Below, one piece after another: positions 31,288-41,325 of a stretch of 64,000 bases of DNA. A program made the position numbers and the translations under genes. The notes beneath the pieces were generated by a model. It made no database searches and was not told the origin of the DNA. It saw only the letters and a program-made list of their open reading frames with translations. Positions within the stretch are counted from its first letter, which is position 1. Each line of letters opens with the position of its first letter. Source of the DNA: Actinomycetes bacterium (GTDB taxonomy: Bacteria; Actinomycetota; Thermoleophilia; RBG-16-64-13); contig JAGXFV010000032.1 of assembly GCA_024637095.1 (NCBI GenBank), positions 4,423 to 68,422 of the forward strand, given 5' to 3'.

Positions 31288-31719
31288 TTAGGCTGTCGAT
31301 GCCCCTCGCTCCTGCCGCTTCCGCTCTATGATCTCGGCGAGCGCGTCGAGTTCGGCCTCGTCATCCGTGGAGAGGCTCTCGACGAAGTGGGTGAGCACCG
31401 GCTTGTCGATCCCGCCAAAGAGGCCGGTCATCACCGAGCTGAGAATGTCCTTGCAAAAGTGGTCGCGGGTCTTCACCGGCGAGTAGATATAGGCACGCCC
31501 CTCCTGCCGGCGTTCGAGCAGGTGCTTCTCGGCCAGGCGGCTCATCACCGTCATCACCGTCGTGTAGGCAATATCCCGGCGCTCGAGCAGGCAATCGTGC
31601 ATCTCGCGCACGGAAGCCTTGTCGAGGTCCCACATGCATTCCATGATCTCCGCCTCCAGGTCCCCCAGGACCTGCTTCAACCCCTGATTCGCGGGGTTAA
31701 GGCTGAAGGGCGACTCCAT
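31288..31719 (-). CDS. blaI: BlaI/MecI/CopY-family transcriptional repressor
   Basis: 143 aa with a winged-helix N-terminus (ILGDLEAEIMECMWDL...ASVREM...YTTVMTVMSRLAEK). Confidence 0.75.
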   Translation of the reverse strand: MESPFSLNPANQGLKQVLGDLEAEIMECMWDLDKASVREMHDCLLERRDIAYTTVMTVMSRLAEKHLLERRQEGRAYIYSPVKTRDHFCKDILSSVMTGLFGGIDKPVLTHFVESLSTDDEAELDALAEIIERKRQERGASTA

Positions 31720-31862
31720 CCGTTCCTCCTTGTTGGCCTCTCCATACTAACAACTGTAGTACTGCCCGCAATAGTCAACTCTGCGGGAATCCGGTCAATA
31801 GTGGACGCGCAAGGCCAATCGCGGCCACGCATTTGTCTTTTGGCGCCCTGCTCTGGCCGGGC

Positions 31863-32024
31863 CTAACGCCCGGGCGCTGCCTCCCGAGTCAGTTCCAGTT
31901 CGCGCTCCAATCGGTCGACCTGGCGGTTCAGTCCGCCCTGGCGGCGCGCCAGCGAGAAGACGTAGCTGCCAAGGACGAGCCAGATGAAGCCGTAGCCGAC
32001 GGCCAAGAATCCCAGGTTAGACAC
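31863..32024 (-). CDS. ccmD: Heme exporter protein CcmD (53 aa, GTG start behind AGGAGG)
   Basis: Hand-translated as VSNLGFLAVGYGFIWLVLGSYVFSLARRQGGLNRQVDRLERELELTREAAPGR. Lies between ccmC and the next gene. Below the ORF-track cut-off. Confidence 0.5.
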   Translation of the reverse strand: MSNLGFLAVGYGFIWLVLGSYVFSLARRQGGLNRQVDRLERELELTREAAPGR

Positions 32025-32033
32025 TGCTGCCTC

Positions 32034-32795
32034 CTAACGAAGGTAGAGTTGGTGGCGGACTCGATCCAAGCGGGTGGCCAGGTCTTCCTGACGGACGCGC
32101 ACCACCAGCAGATAAGCGTAGAGCAGAGTGAAGGCGCCTATCGCCACGAACAGGGCCAGCCTCATATCGGGAGCGAGGCCACCACCCTCTGAGGCGATTA
32201 CTGTGGGATGAATCGTGCGCCACCAGCGGATGGACATGAATACGATGGGGACGTCGATCCAGCCCACGATGCCAAAGACGGCCGAAAGCCGGGCGCGTTT
32301 GTGGCCCGCGTCCACGGCCGAGCGCAGCATAAGGTAGGCCACGAAGATGAACCAGAGCACCAGCGTGGTGGTCAAGCGCGGATCCCAGGTCCAGTAGGCC
32401 CCCCAGATAGGCCGCGCCCAGATGGGGCCGGTGACCAGGGTGATCGTGGTGAACATCACGCCGAGTTCCGCGGACGCCGAGGCGATGCGGTCGTAACGCA
32501 GGTCCTTCTTCCAAAGGTAGAGCACGCTGCAGGCGGCCACCACCCCGAAGGAGGGGCCCAAGGCCAGCCAGGCAGCGGCCACGTGAAAGTAGAAGAGACG
32601 CTGGATGTCGCCCATGACCGCTTCGGTCGGCGCCCAGATGAGGGCCAGATAGAGCGCAAAGAGAATCGCGAGTATGCTGCCCGCGCCCAGCGCGTCCACC
32701 CAGAGGGACCGATCTCCGCCGCGGCCTCCGCGCTGCTCGATCACTGCCGGCGGTGCCTCCGCGAAGGTCCGCTTCAGAGTTTGTTCTTCAGCCAT
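32034..32795 (-). CDS. ccmC: Heme exporter protein CcmC
   Basis: 253 aa with the WD-domain motif WGAYWTWDPRL. Confidence 0.85.
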   Translation of the reverse strand: MAEEQTLKRTFAEAPPAVIEQRGGRGGDRSLWVDALGAGSILAILFALYLALIWAPTEAVMGDIQRLFYFHVAAAWLALGPSFGVVAACSVLYLWKKDLRYDRIASASAELGVMFTTITLVTGPIWARPIWGAYWTWDPRLTTTLVLWFIFVAYLMLRSAVDAGHKRARLSAVFGIVGWIDVPIVFMSIRWWRTIHPTVIASEGGGLAPDMRLALFVAIGAFTLLYAYLLVVRVRQEDLATRLDRVRHQLYLR

Positions 32796-32803
32796 TTGCG
32801 CCC

Positions 32804-33481
32804 CTACTCCTCGAGGACGTAATCGAAAACCATGACCGAGACGGCCAAGAATACGACGTCATAGACTACCAGCATCGCCAACCAACTCCCTCCCGCGAAG
32901 AGACCTTCGCCGTTCATCACGAAGGCCGAGGATTTGGCCGCCGCCAGAATCACCGGCACCAGCACGGGAAACAACAGAATGGCCAAGAGAACGTCACGGG
33001 TCTTGATGCCCACCGACACCGCCGAAAAGAGCGTGCCCACCGCGCAGAACCCAATGGTGGCGAGCCCAAGTATGGCGAGCAGTCCCGGCAGCACCGCGAT
33101 CACATCAACATTGTAGAGCACACTGAAGAAGAGCAACACGGCCAGCGACATCGCCAGGACGAAGACAAAGTTGCCGAGAAACTTGCCCAGATAGATTACG
33201 GCCCGGTCGACGGGACAGAGCAGCAGGCCCTGCAGGCAGTCGTTCTCCTTCTCGGAACTGAACGAGCGGTTGAGGCCCAGAATCCCGGCAAAGACGAAGG
33301 CCGCCCAGAGCACGCCCGGTTTGACCAGAGCCTCGTCGCGAAGGCCCGGCTCGATACCGAAGTTGAAGATCAGGATCACCAGGAACCCGAAGAGCAGCAT
33401 GGAGAAGACCATCTCCCGGGTGCGCAGTTCGCCCAGGATGTCCTTCCAGGCGATGGTCCAGGCCTGGCCTAGGAATCCCAT
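32804..33481 (-). CDS. ccmB: Heme exporter permease CcmB
   Basis: Start set at the ATG at 33479-33481 (MGFLGQAWTIAWKDILGELR...). Six TM helices. The 5' end overlaps ccmA. Confidence 0.8.
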   Translation of the reverse strand: MGFLGQAWTIAWKDILGELRTREMVFSMLLFGFLVILIFNFGIEPGLRDEALVKPGVLWAAFVFAGILGLNRSFSSEKENDCLQGLLLCPVDRAVIYLGKFLGNFVFVLAMSLAVLLFFSVLYNVDVIAVLPGLLAILGLATIGFCAVGTLFSAVSVGIKTRDVLLAILLFPVLVPVILAAAKSSAFVMNGEGLFAGGSWLAMLVVYDVVFLAVSVMVFDYVLEE

Positions 33482-34182
33482 TTGTGGCCACCGCCTACGC
33501 AGTCGAAATAGGTGTCGCCAAAGTGTTCGCGGTTGACGCGGTCGATGGGCTCCCGGTAGCAAATACGCCCCGCGACCTGAATGGCAACCTCGTCGCACAT
33601 CTCCAGGCCTTCCTCCAGATTGTGTGTGACCATGAAGATGGTCCGCCGGCCGTCGTGCAACGTGTCAAGCACCCCGCGGAGCATGCGCGAGGCGTGCTGG
33701 TCCAGGCCGGTGTAGGGCTCGTCCAGAAACATGATCTCGGGCTCGTGCAGCAGAGCACGCGCGATCGAGAGACGCTGCTGCATTCCTCGGGAGTATTCGG
33801 AAACGCGATCGTCCTCGCGGCCCCGCAGGCCGACCCGCTCGAGCAGCTCCCTTGAGCGCTCTTCCAGATCGCTCACCCGATACATCCGCCCGTAGAACCT
33901 GAGGTTCTCGAAGGCAGTCAGGCTGGGATAGAGGTAGGTGTTGTGCGAGATGACCCCGATCTGCCCGCGCACCCGGTCGGCGGCATCGATCACGTCGTGC
34001 CCGCCCACCTCCACCAGCCCCTCCGACGGCTTGATCTGGGTGGAGAGCACCTTGATCAGCGTGGTTTTACCCGCCCCGTTGGGGCCGAAGACCGTGAGAA
34101 AGCGACCCCTCTCCAGTTCGAGATCCAAGCCGCGCAGAGCGGGGAAGTGACCATAGTACTTCCACAGGCGACGGACCCGCAT
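33469..34182 (-). CDS. ccmA: Heme exporter ATP-binding protein CcmA
   Basis: Start set at the ATG at 34180-34182. Walker A GPNGAGKTT, signature, Walker B IMFLDEP. Confidence 0.8.
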   Translation of the reverse strand: MRVRRLWKYYGHFPALRGLDLELERGRFLTVFGPNGAGKTTLIKVLSTQIKPSEGLVEVGGHDVIDAADRVRGQIGVISHNTYLYPSLTAFENLRFYGRMYRVSDLEERSRELLERVGLRGREDDRVSEYSRGMQQRLSIARALLHEPEIMFLDEPYTGLDQHASRMLRGVLDTLHDGRRTIFMVTHNLEEGLEMCDEVAIQVAGRICYREPIDRVNREHFGDTYFDCVGGGHKWDS

Positions 34183-34279
34183 AGCCGCTGTCGGGCCCGT
34201 TCGAGGGTTGGCCGGATCGTCTTCTCGTCCAGCGACGGACGCGTCGGCGGGAGGCAAATCGGTACGGCGAGCGACCGAG

Positions 34280-34858
34280 CTAGACACGGACCTCCGCCCC
34301 GCACGAGGCACAGAACTTGTGGCCATCCTTGACCGGCTTGCCGCAATCGACGCACTCAGAAGCAGGTGTCTTGGACCCGTTCCCTGATTTCACCACGATC
34401 TCGGAACCGAGTTCAGACCCGCACCCTCCGCAGAACTGAGCACCCTGAGGATTCTCCTGTCCGCACCCCACGCACACGAAGCGCTCGAGCGCAGCGGCCG
34501 GACGCGGCCTGAGGCCTTTGCCCCGCTTTTTGGGCGCATCTCCGCTGAGGGCCTTCGCCGGCGACGCCGTCACGCCGTGCTCCATCAGATCGATGGTTTC
34601 CAGGACCTCGACCGCGTCGGCGCGGTACTTGGCGTCCAGTTCAGCGTAATCCTGGTCCGAGAGCTTGCCGGTCTTGTAGTCAAATTCGAGCTCTTTGATC
34701 GCCGAGTAGGTCGACTCCTTGCGTCGATAGAGGTCCTCGGCCTCCTCGGACATGACTTCTTCCTCTTCCTCGAACTGGGTCTTGAGGAGGGGAAGGCCGA
34801 CGTAGGCCACCACGGCCAGCGCCATAACGATCTTGATCAATAATTCCAGTGCAGCCAT
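34280..34858 (-). CDS. N-terminally membrane-anchored double zinc-ribbon protein, hypothetical
   Basis: 192 aa with one TM helix and two C-terminal CxxC...CxxC ribbons (CVGCGQEN...CGGCGSE and CVDCGKPV...CASCGAE). Confidence 0.4.
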   Translation of the reverse strand: MAALELLIKIVMALAVVAYVGLPLLKTQFEEEEEVMSEEAEDLYRRKESTYSAIKELEFDYKTGKLSDQDYAELDAKYRADAVEVLETIDLMEHGVTASPAKALSGDAPKKRGKGLRPRPAAALERFVCVGCGQENPQGAQFCGGCGSELGSEIVVKSGNGSKTPASECVDCGKPVKDGHKFCASCGAEVRV

Positions 34859-34883
34859 GATGTCCTTCTCGCTCTCTCTGGGC

Positions 34884-35378
34884 CTAGTCGAACTTATTGA
34901 GTTCGTCGTCCAGGCGGCGCCGAACCTCGTCGTCCATTTCTTCTCGCTGCACGGGCACCGGCACCTGCTCCACGTCCCGGCGCGACCACATTCTCACCAG
35001 GTAGAAGAGGACGACTGCGGCCATCACGATAAAGGCGAACGGCATGAGCCAGGCGGTGAGGTTGAAGCCGGACTTTGCCGGAGCGGCCAGCACTTCCTCG
35101 CCGAAAGTGGCCACGTAGTAGTCGATCAGCTCCTCCGCGGTCTTACCTGCGGCCAACTCGCGGCTGATGTTCTCCTTTTCCGGCACTCCCCATCCGCACT
35201 CGGGATGGGGGCAGCTGGAGAGCACGGAGTTGCAGCCGCAAAGGCACATGATCTTGTCGGCGACGGGTGCCGCGCTGGTCGGCGGCTCCGCCGCCACGGC
35301 AACTCCGCCTAGGAGCATGAGCGCCGCAGCCGCGAAACCCGCCATAACCACGAAACGATGTAGTTTTTCACGAAACAT
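34884..35378 (-). CDS. ccmH: CcmH/CycL-like cytochrome c maturation thiol-redox protein
   Basis: Start set at the ATG at 35376-35378 (MFREKLHRF..., signal peptide). Cys-rich periplasmic segment CLCGCNSVLSSCPHPEC and a C-terminal TM helix. Directly downstream of ccmF. Confidence 0.5.
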   Translation of the reverse strand: MFREKLHRFVVMAGFAAAALMLLGGVAVAAEPPTSAAPVADKIMCLCGCNSVLSSCPHPECGWGVPEKENISRELAAGKTAEELIDYYVATFGEEVLAAPAKSGFNLTAWLMPFAFIVMAAVVLFYLVRMWSRRDVEQVPVPVQREEMDDEVRRRLDDELNKFD

Positions 35379-35386
35379 ATGAACTC

Positions 35387-37393
35387 CTAGACCTCGTGCA
35401 GGCGGGCTTGGCGCTCGTAGCGGGCGGCCAGCCGCCGCTCCTCCCGCCGGTCCGGCCATAGCGCGATGAGTCCGCCGAGGGTGGCAACAATGCCCCCGAT
35501 CCAGAGCCAACTGGTCAGCGGGTTGACGCTGACGTCGACGGTGATGGTGGCGCCGTCCGGCGCTTCGTATTCCATCAGTGAGACGTAGACGTCACGCAGC
35601 AGAGTGCTGTGCCGGTCCACGCGGGTCCAGGGCTGGTCCTTGGCAAAATAGAACTCCCGCACCGGCTCTGCCGTACCCAGGAACTTACCGTCCTCCTCGA
35701 GGCGGAAGACCGCCTGACCCACCGACTTCTCGTCGGTGTTGAAGCTGGAGAATTCCTCATAGGTGACGGTGTAGTCGCCCACGGTCACCGCTTCGCCCTT
35801 GGCGAGCTGGACGTTCTGGGCCTTCTCCTGGAAGGAGTAGTGCCCGGTGACCCCGATCAGGAAGAGGATGACTCCGGCATGGACGATGTAGCCTCCGTAG
35901 CGCCGCTTATTCCGCCGGACCAGCGAGGTGAAGGCCTTGAAGATGTTGTCGCCGGTCATCTCGCGCCGCACCAGGGTTCCTCGGGCGAATTCCATAAAGA
36001 TGGTACCCAGCACGAAGGCCGAGAGGGTGAAGGCGATCAGAGCCCAGACGTGGGTCATCCCGAACGCCAAGAGGGCCACCAGTACCACGGCCGCGGTCCC
36101 GCCAGGGTACATGAAGTTCTTGCTAAGGTTGGCGAAGGTTGCCCTCCGCCACGCTATGAGCGGGCAGATACCGGTGAGGAACATAAAGACCAAACCGATG
36201 GGACGGATGACCGTGTCGAAGAAGGGCGGACCGACCGTCTGCTTGTCGCCGGTGATCGCTTCGCTGAGTATCGGCCACAGCACGCCCCAGAGGACAGTCC
36301 CGGCCATGCCCACGAGCAGCAGGTTGTTCATAAGGAAGCTGGACTCCCGCGACAGCAGGCTGTCCAACTCGTTACGCGACTTCAGCAGGTCGAGCCGGCT
36401 GAAGAGCAGGTTGAGGCTGAAGACCAGGGTCAGCGCCATGAAGGCTATGAAGTAGGGACCCACGCTGGCCTGCCCGAAGGAGTGCACCGAATTGATGATG
36501 CCCGAGCGCGTCAGGAAGGTGCCGAAGATGGTCAGGGTGAAGGTCATGATGATCAGGACGATGTTCCACACCTTCAGCATGTCCTTCTTTTCCTGGATCA
36601 TCACCGAGTGCAAGAAGGCGGTGCCGGTCAGCCAGGGCATGAACGAGGCGTTCTCGACCGGGTCCCAGGCCCAGAAGCCCCCCCAACCAAGGGTGACGTA
36701 AGCCCACCAGGCGCCGACCAGGTTTCCGATGGTCAGGAAGAACCATCCGGCCAGGGTCCAGCGTCGGGTGGAACGGATCCAGAAGTCGCCCAAACGCTTG
36801 GTGATCAGCGCGGCCATGGCGAACGCGAAAGGCACCGCAAAGCCAACGTAACCCAGATAGGTAGCCACCGGGTGGATCACCATCCCCGGATTCTCGAGCA
36901 TAGGATTCAAGCCGTTGCCCTGGGCGGGTGAGCCCATGGGGTTGGCCTCGAAAGGATTCGAGCCCTCGAAGGCGACCAGAAGCAGGCCGAAGAAGAGCGA
37001 AACCACCATGAGGACGGAGACCACGTAGGGGACCAGTTCCCGGTTCTTCACGCGGTTCTGGTAGACCACCGTGGCCGAAAATCCGGCGAGCAAGAGGAGC
37101 CACAGCAGCAACGAACCCGCGTTGCCGGCCCAGAAAGCCGAGAAAGTGTAGAAGCCGTTGAGATCGTTCGAGGTGTACTGCCACACGTAATAGTTCGAGT
37201 AATCGCGGGTCATCATGGCGATCCAAAGGACCACCGCCGCCACACCGACCACGGCGGCGAGCGCGTAGGCAGAGTGCAGCCCGCTCTGGATTAGGTCCCG
37301 CCGGCCCAGGCGCGCGCCAACCACGGGCATCACAGCGCCATAAGCGGCCAGCATGACCGCGAGCAGAAGGGCCGTGTAACCGATTTGATTCAT
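35387..37393 (-). CDS. ccmF: Cytochrome c-type biogenesis heme lyase CcmF
   Basis: 668 aa, polytopic, with a WWD domain and the conserved His residues. Confidence 0.9.
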   Translation of the reverse strand: MNQIGYTALLLAVMLAAYGAVMPVVGARLGRRDLIQSGLHSAYALAAVVGVAAVVLWIAMMTRDYSNYYVWQYTSNDLNGFYTFSAFWAGNAGSLLLWLLLLAGFSATVVYQNRVKNRELVPYVVSVLMVVSLFFGLLLVAFEGSNPFEANPMGSPAQGNGLNPMLENPGMVIHPVATYLGYVGFAVPFAFAMAALITKRLGDFWIRSTRRWTLAGWFFLTIGNLVGAWWAYVTLGWGGFWAWDPVENASFMPWLTGTAFLHSVMIQEKKDMLKVWNIVLIIMTFTLTIFGTFLTRSGIINSVHSFGQASVGPYFIAFMALTLVFSLNLLFSRLDLLKSRNELDSLLSRESSFLMNNLLLVGMAGTVLWGVLWPILSEAITGDKQTVGPPFFDTVIRPIGLVFMFLTGICPLIAWRRATFANLSKNFMYPGGTAAVVLVALLAFGMTHVWALIAFTLSAFVLGTIFMEFARGTLVRREMTGDNIFKAFTSLVRRNKRRYGGYIVHAGVILFLIGVTGHYSFQEKAQNVQLAKGEAVTVGDYTVTYEEFSSFNTDEKSVGQAVFRLEEDGKFLGTAEPVREFYFAKDQPWTRVDRHSTLLRDVYVSLMEYEAPDGATITVDVSVNPLTSWLWIGGIVATLGGLIALWPDRREERRLAARYERQARLHEV

Positions 37394-37421
37394 GAAGCTA
37401 GATCCTCCCTACCGCTCTTGT

Positions 37422-37859
37422 CTACTGCTTGTCCGAGGGCGCTTGTTCGCCATTCTCGGCGGCCGCCTCGTACTTTGATGGGCACTTGGCCAGCAGGAAG
37501 TTGGCGTCGAACGTGCCACTCCCGGAGTAATTGCCTTCCACGACGACTTCGACATCGGGCTCGTCTGTGAAGGTGTCGGGCACCGCGCCCGTATAGGTCA
37601 CGTAGAGTACCTGGGCCTCGTCGGCCTTGTCGTGGATCTTGAATTTGAGCGGATCGCCCACCTGACCCTTTTCGATCGTGCCGTTGACCAGGGTCCCGGC
37701 AACGCGGACGTTATCCGCCGCGCCCCGGTCCATGACCTCGGCCACCTCGTAGTAATAGACCGCATTCTGAGACATCGCATACCAGCCCAACGAGGCAATT
37801 GCGGCCAGGATGACGAACCCGCCAATCACGAATTTCGTGCGCTTGTTACCCATGTGCAT
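37422..37859 (-). CDS. ccmE: Heme chaperone CcmE, Cys-type variant (LAKCPSKYE in place of LAKHDE..Y)
   Basis: 145 aa with an N-terminal TM helix and a CcmE OB-fold. The heme-binding His is replaced by Cys within a CxxxY motif. Confidence 0.8.
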   Translation of the reverse strand: MHMGNKRTKFVIGGFVILAAIASLGWYAMSQNAVYYYEVAEVMDRGAADNVRVAGTLVNGTIEKGQVGDPLKFKIHDKADEAQVLYVTYTGAVPDTFTDEPDVEVVVEGNYSGSGTFDANFLLAKCPSKYEAAAENGEQAPSDKQ

Positions 37860-37901
37860 GCCCTCTTCCTTGGTTTACCGCCGGCATGGTTTTGCTCGAG
37901 A

Positions 37902-38393
37902 TCAATAGAGGAGCCTTTCGAGTCCCGCTCCCTTGGCGATCCCGTTCGAGATCTTCTCGGGGAGGAGTTTGTCCGGGCATTGTATCAACAGCTCGGTGGC
38001 CTCGAGGGTATTACTTTCGCCCAGGGAACCCATGGCCACGACGCGCTCGTATGCCTTCAAGCGTTCGGGGAAGGCTCCGACGTAGCGGACGTCCAGGGGC
38101 TCCCCGGTCTCACCCTCCAGAGTGAAGGTGACCACTTCGCCCTGTTGCAGAACGGAACCCGGGGACACCAGGCCCCCCACGCGCAGGTTCTCTCCCGAAC
38201 CGACGGCCTTGGCCTCCTCCACGGTCTGGTAGAAGTCGCCACCCACCGCGAAGAAAAGCACCGCCCAGAGAACCACGGCCGCCACGGCGCCCCCTATCAA
38301 CCACATACGGCGATGGCTCATCCCCTCAGCTTGGGTATGCTCGGCCGAAGCCTCGCTCTTGCGCCAGGTTTGCTCGGCACCGGTGGTGCTCAT
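37902..38393 (-). CDS. Second CcmE-like paralogue, also Cys-type (LIQCPDKLLPE)
   Basis: 163 aa with the same architecture. ATG at 38391-38393 behind GGAGGAGG. Confidence 0.6.
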   Translation of the reverse strand: MSTTGAEQTWRKSEASAEHTQAEGMSHRRMWLIGGAVAAVVLWAVLFFAVGGDFYQTVEEAKAVGSGENLRVGGLVSPGSVLQQGEVVTFTLEGETGEPLDVRYVGAFPERLKAYERVVAMGSLGESNTLEATELLIQCPDKLLPEKISNGIAKGAGLERLLY

Positions 38394-39121
38394 GCCGCCT
38401 CCTCCAACTGCGATGATTCCGAAACCGCTGAGCCCCGACCGGACGAGGTCAGCAGCTCCTGCAAAGCCGCCTCAGCCTGGGCTGGGGGAGCCGCCAACCA
38501 ATAGAGGTCTTTGCCTGAGCGGAAGTAGTAGTGGCGCTGGCCCATGCCGTCGAGTTGATAGACAGGAGCCGCGTCCTCGCCAATGTCCTCGAGTCCGGTG
38601 AACGGCGTCCCGCCGTCCTCGATCAGCACCGTCATCCGGTCGAGCATCTCGACGGCGTCCTCCTCGCGGTTCGAGCGCGAGATCCAGAGAGTGGCCTCGC
38701 CCTGCTGACCGTACTTGGCGATCCAGGCGGAATCCAGTCCTGCGCCCAGCGCCTTGCCGTGAAGCTGTTCGACTTCGGTCACAGCCTGGGGACCGGTCAC
38801 CTCGTGAAACAGTCCGAACCCGGCAAGGCTTTCGGGAACGGGATTGAGGACGGCCGCTTCGGCGGCCGCTTCCGCCGCTTCGGCGGCCGCTCTTTCGGCC
38901 TTCTCGTCGGAGAAGTCGAAGACTCCGCCGTCGGAGTCGAAGGTGCGGGCGGCAAGGGTTATCACCGAGAGGACCACCACGATTGCGAGGGCCCAGCGAG
39001 ACAGCTTCTCGCCGCGCTTCTTGCGAGCGAGCCGCTCTGGGTCGTCGGGAAGTTGGTCCGGTTCGGCGGGCAGTTGCGGCTCGTGCTCTTGCTCAGTCAC
39101 GCTCTTGGTTGGCCTTCCCAT
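38390..39121 (-). CDS. Membrane-anchored hypothetical protein
   Basis: 243-aa ORF with one TM helix and Ala-rich repeats. No recognisable domain. Confidence 0.4.
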   Translation of the reverse strand: MGRPTKSVTEQEHEPQLPAEPDQLPDDPERLARKKRGEKLSRWALAIVVVLSVITLAARTFDSDGGVFDFSDEKAERAAAEAAEAAAEAAVLNPVPESLAGFGLFHEVTGPQAVTEVEQLHGKALGAGLDSAWIAKYGQQGEATLWISRSNREEDAVEMLDRMTVLIEDGGTPFTGLEDIGEDAAPVYQLDGMGQRHYYFRSGKDLYWLAAPPAQAEAALQELLTSSGRGSAVSESSQLEEAA

Positions 39122-39258
39122 TTAGTCTTGTGAACTGGTTCTCTAAGCCCGAGTGGCATCTTACTACCGGGCGTAGTAGCCGTCAATCCGCTATCGGGAC
39201 AATTGGATGCAAGAAGCGGTGCGGCTCCGCGCCGCACCGCCTGCAATCGAGCCTCCCT

Positions 39259-40428
39259 TTAGTCGCGTTCCTCTCCGCACTCAGGGCAGAATCGGTCACG
39301 CTTGCCCAACTGGCTACCGCAACTTGTGCAGTACCGAGACGGGCCCCCCGAGCGGGTTTTCGCGCGGTCGGCGCCCTTGCGGGGTCCGGCGTCGCTGCGC
39401 GCACGGCGAACGCTGGTGCTGGCCGGTGCCGGGCGCAGGAAGAGCCGGTATGCCGCGAAGCCACCGATCGCCACCACCATGGCTGCGAGAACCGCGAGCA
39501 GAAGAGTCTGATTGGAGTTACCCGCCGCGCTGTCAGTATCGCCCTCGAGTGAGGGGTCGGCATCGGGCTTCGTGTAGTCGACCTGCAGGCTCACGATCTG
39601 CCCCTCGGAGGCGGCGCCCAGGCTATCGCTGTAGTAGGTGAATCCCTGGGCGTCCTGGGTGCTCTGAGAGGGCATCGGGGCGATAGTGAACTCAGTCGAG
39701 CGCAGCGGCTGCTGGACGGACACCGTGAGCTGCGCCGTGGCAATGGGCACCCGGAAGAGCACGGGGAAAGACCTTGAGCCTGAGCCGCTGATGCCCGGAT
39801 TGTAGTAGTACTCGACGCGCACGTCGCGGATCTTGGGGATGGTCAGGTTGTATACGTCCCATTGCTCGTTCCCCGCCTCCAGGTTAGGGGTCGGGGCGGG
39901 CCGGCTGTAGTCGAACTGCCCCTGGGCCGTGACCTCGGCCACCCCGGTGAGCCGGGCTCCGCGGGGGATGGCCACCTGGAACTCAGCGGGAAGCTCGACA
40001 CTGTCGGCCAGGTGCAGATCGGCCATGATCAACACCTCGGCAGAATCGTATTCGGGCCAGGCCTGCAGCTCGAGCGAGTCAAGAGACATCCCGGAGTTGG
40101 CGGCCTCGAATCCTTCCGGGGCGGCCAAGAGAGCGGTCGAGAAGGCCTGGCCCGCGACGGCTTCACCCGTCGAGGTCTCGGTCGCCGCCTCGGTGGATTC
40201 GGTCGCCGGTGCCTCGGTGGTGGTTGTCTCCGGAGCGCTGGTGGTCGTCTGCGCGAGCGCCGCTCCCGTGACCCCCATCGTCAGCGCGAGGGCAAGAAGA
40301 GTGAGAGCCGCGGCGCCCACGTACCACTCGCGCCGCGCGAGCGAAGCCGCGATCTGGTGCGAAATTCTGGAGGTATTGGTCCTCGTCATGCGTCCATCCA
40401 TGGTTGGTAGGTTTTCGTAGAGACTCAT
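39259..40428 (-). CDS. Secreted/membrane hypothetical protein with a Thr-rich linker, C-terminal TM helix and a zinc ribbon
   Basis: 389-aa ORF with a signal-like N-terminus, a C-terminal hydrophobic helix, then CTSCGSQLGKRDRFCPECGEE. Confidence 0.4.
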   Translation of the reverse strand: MSLYENLPTMDGRMTRTNTSRISHQIAASLARREWYVGAAALTLLALALTMGVTGAALAQTTTSAPETTTTEAPATESTEAATETSTGEAVAGQAFSTALLAAPEGFEAANSGMSLDSLELQAWPEYDSAEVLIMADLHLADSVELPAEFQVAIPRGARLTGVAEVTAQGQFDYSRPAPTPNLEAGNEQWDVYNLTIPKIRDVRVEYYYNPGISGSGSRSFPVLFRVPIATAQLTVSVQQPLRSTEFTIAPMPSQSTQDAQGFTYYSDSLGAASEGQIVSLQVDYTKPDADPSLEGDTDSAAGNSNQTLLLAVLAAMVVAIGGFAAYRLFLRPAPASTSVRRARSDAGPRKGADRAKTRSGGPSRYCTSCGSQLGKRDRFCPECGEERD

Positions 40429-40470
40429 CCGAGCGCCGGGATTCCACGGCGCGTAATCCCAATTCAGGTG

Positions 40471-41304
40471 CTACTTGCTTGCAGAGGCCCCTTCTGAGGC
40501 TCCGGTCAGGTGCTTGTTGCCGGCCTTGCGCTGTTGCCGGCGCCGTTCCGCCCGCGGGCCCTTGCTCAACTCGGAGCCGCGGTTCTCGTTCCACCAGACG
40601 ACCGCACCTCCGATGACGATCAGCGCGATGCTGATCCACTGCTGTTGGGTGAGACCGGCAAGAACGGGGTCGTTGGTACGCACGAACTCGACCAGAAAGC
40701 GTTCCACGCCGGCCAGGAAGACATAAGACCAAAACAGCGAGCCCAGGCGGTGCAGGCGCGGGGCCAGGACCCAGAGGAGCAGTGCCAGGATCGCGAGCGA
40801 GCCAAAGGTCTCGTACAGCTGGGTGGGATGGACCACCTGCGTGGTCGGGGGTGAGCCCTCAGGGAAGGACATGCCCCAGGGAAGACTGGTGGGCACCCCA
40901 TAGTCGTCGCCATTCAAGAAACAGCCAATTCTGCCGACGGCGTACGCCGCCGCCAGGGCGGGTGCGATGGCGTCCGCGATCAGGGCGATCGGCGGTTTGG
41001 ACCACAAAGCGACCAGCGACACGACCAGCGCCCCCCCAAAGAGACCGCCGTACCAAACCAGGCCGGTGCCGCTGAAAGCCGCCGCCTCAAATTGGTCGGG
41101 ATGGATGGCCAGGTAGTGCAACTTGGCCCCGACCACCCCGCCCACGATGGCCGCAATCAACAGGGAGTAGGTGATACCGGGATCCACTCCACGCCGGCGA
41201 AGCTGCCAACCGGTCACCAAACCCGCCGTGACGAAGGCGAGAGCCATCATCAACCCGAAGGAGTGGATGGTGACCGGTCCGATATCTACTAACTCAGGGT
41301 ACAT
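40471..41304 (-). CDS. lgt: Prolipoprotein diacylglyceryl transferase
   Basis: 277 aa with the Lgt signature (GPVTIHSFGLMMALAF... and GRIGCFLNGDDYG). Confidence 0.85.
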   Translation of the reverse strand: MYPELVDIGPVTIHSFGLMMALAFVTAGLVTGWQLRRRGVDPGITYSLLIAAIVGGVVGAKLHYLAIHPDQFEAAAFSGTGLVWYGGLFGGALVVSLVALWSKPPIALIADAIAPALAAAYAVGRIGCFLNGDDYGVPTSLPWGMSFPEGSPPTTQVVHPTQLYETFGSLAILALLLWVLAPRLHRLGSLFWSYVFLAGVERFLVEFVRTNDPVLAGLTQQQWISIALIVIGGAVVWWNENRGSELSKGPRAERRRQQRKAGNKHLTGASEGASASK

Positions 41305-41325
41305 CTCGGAATCTGCTTCCCGGGC

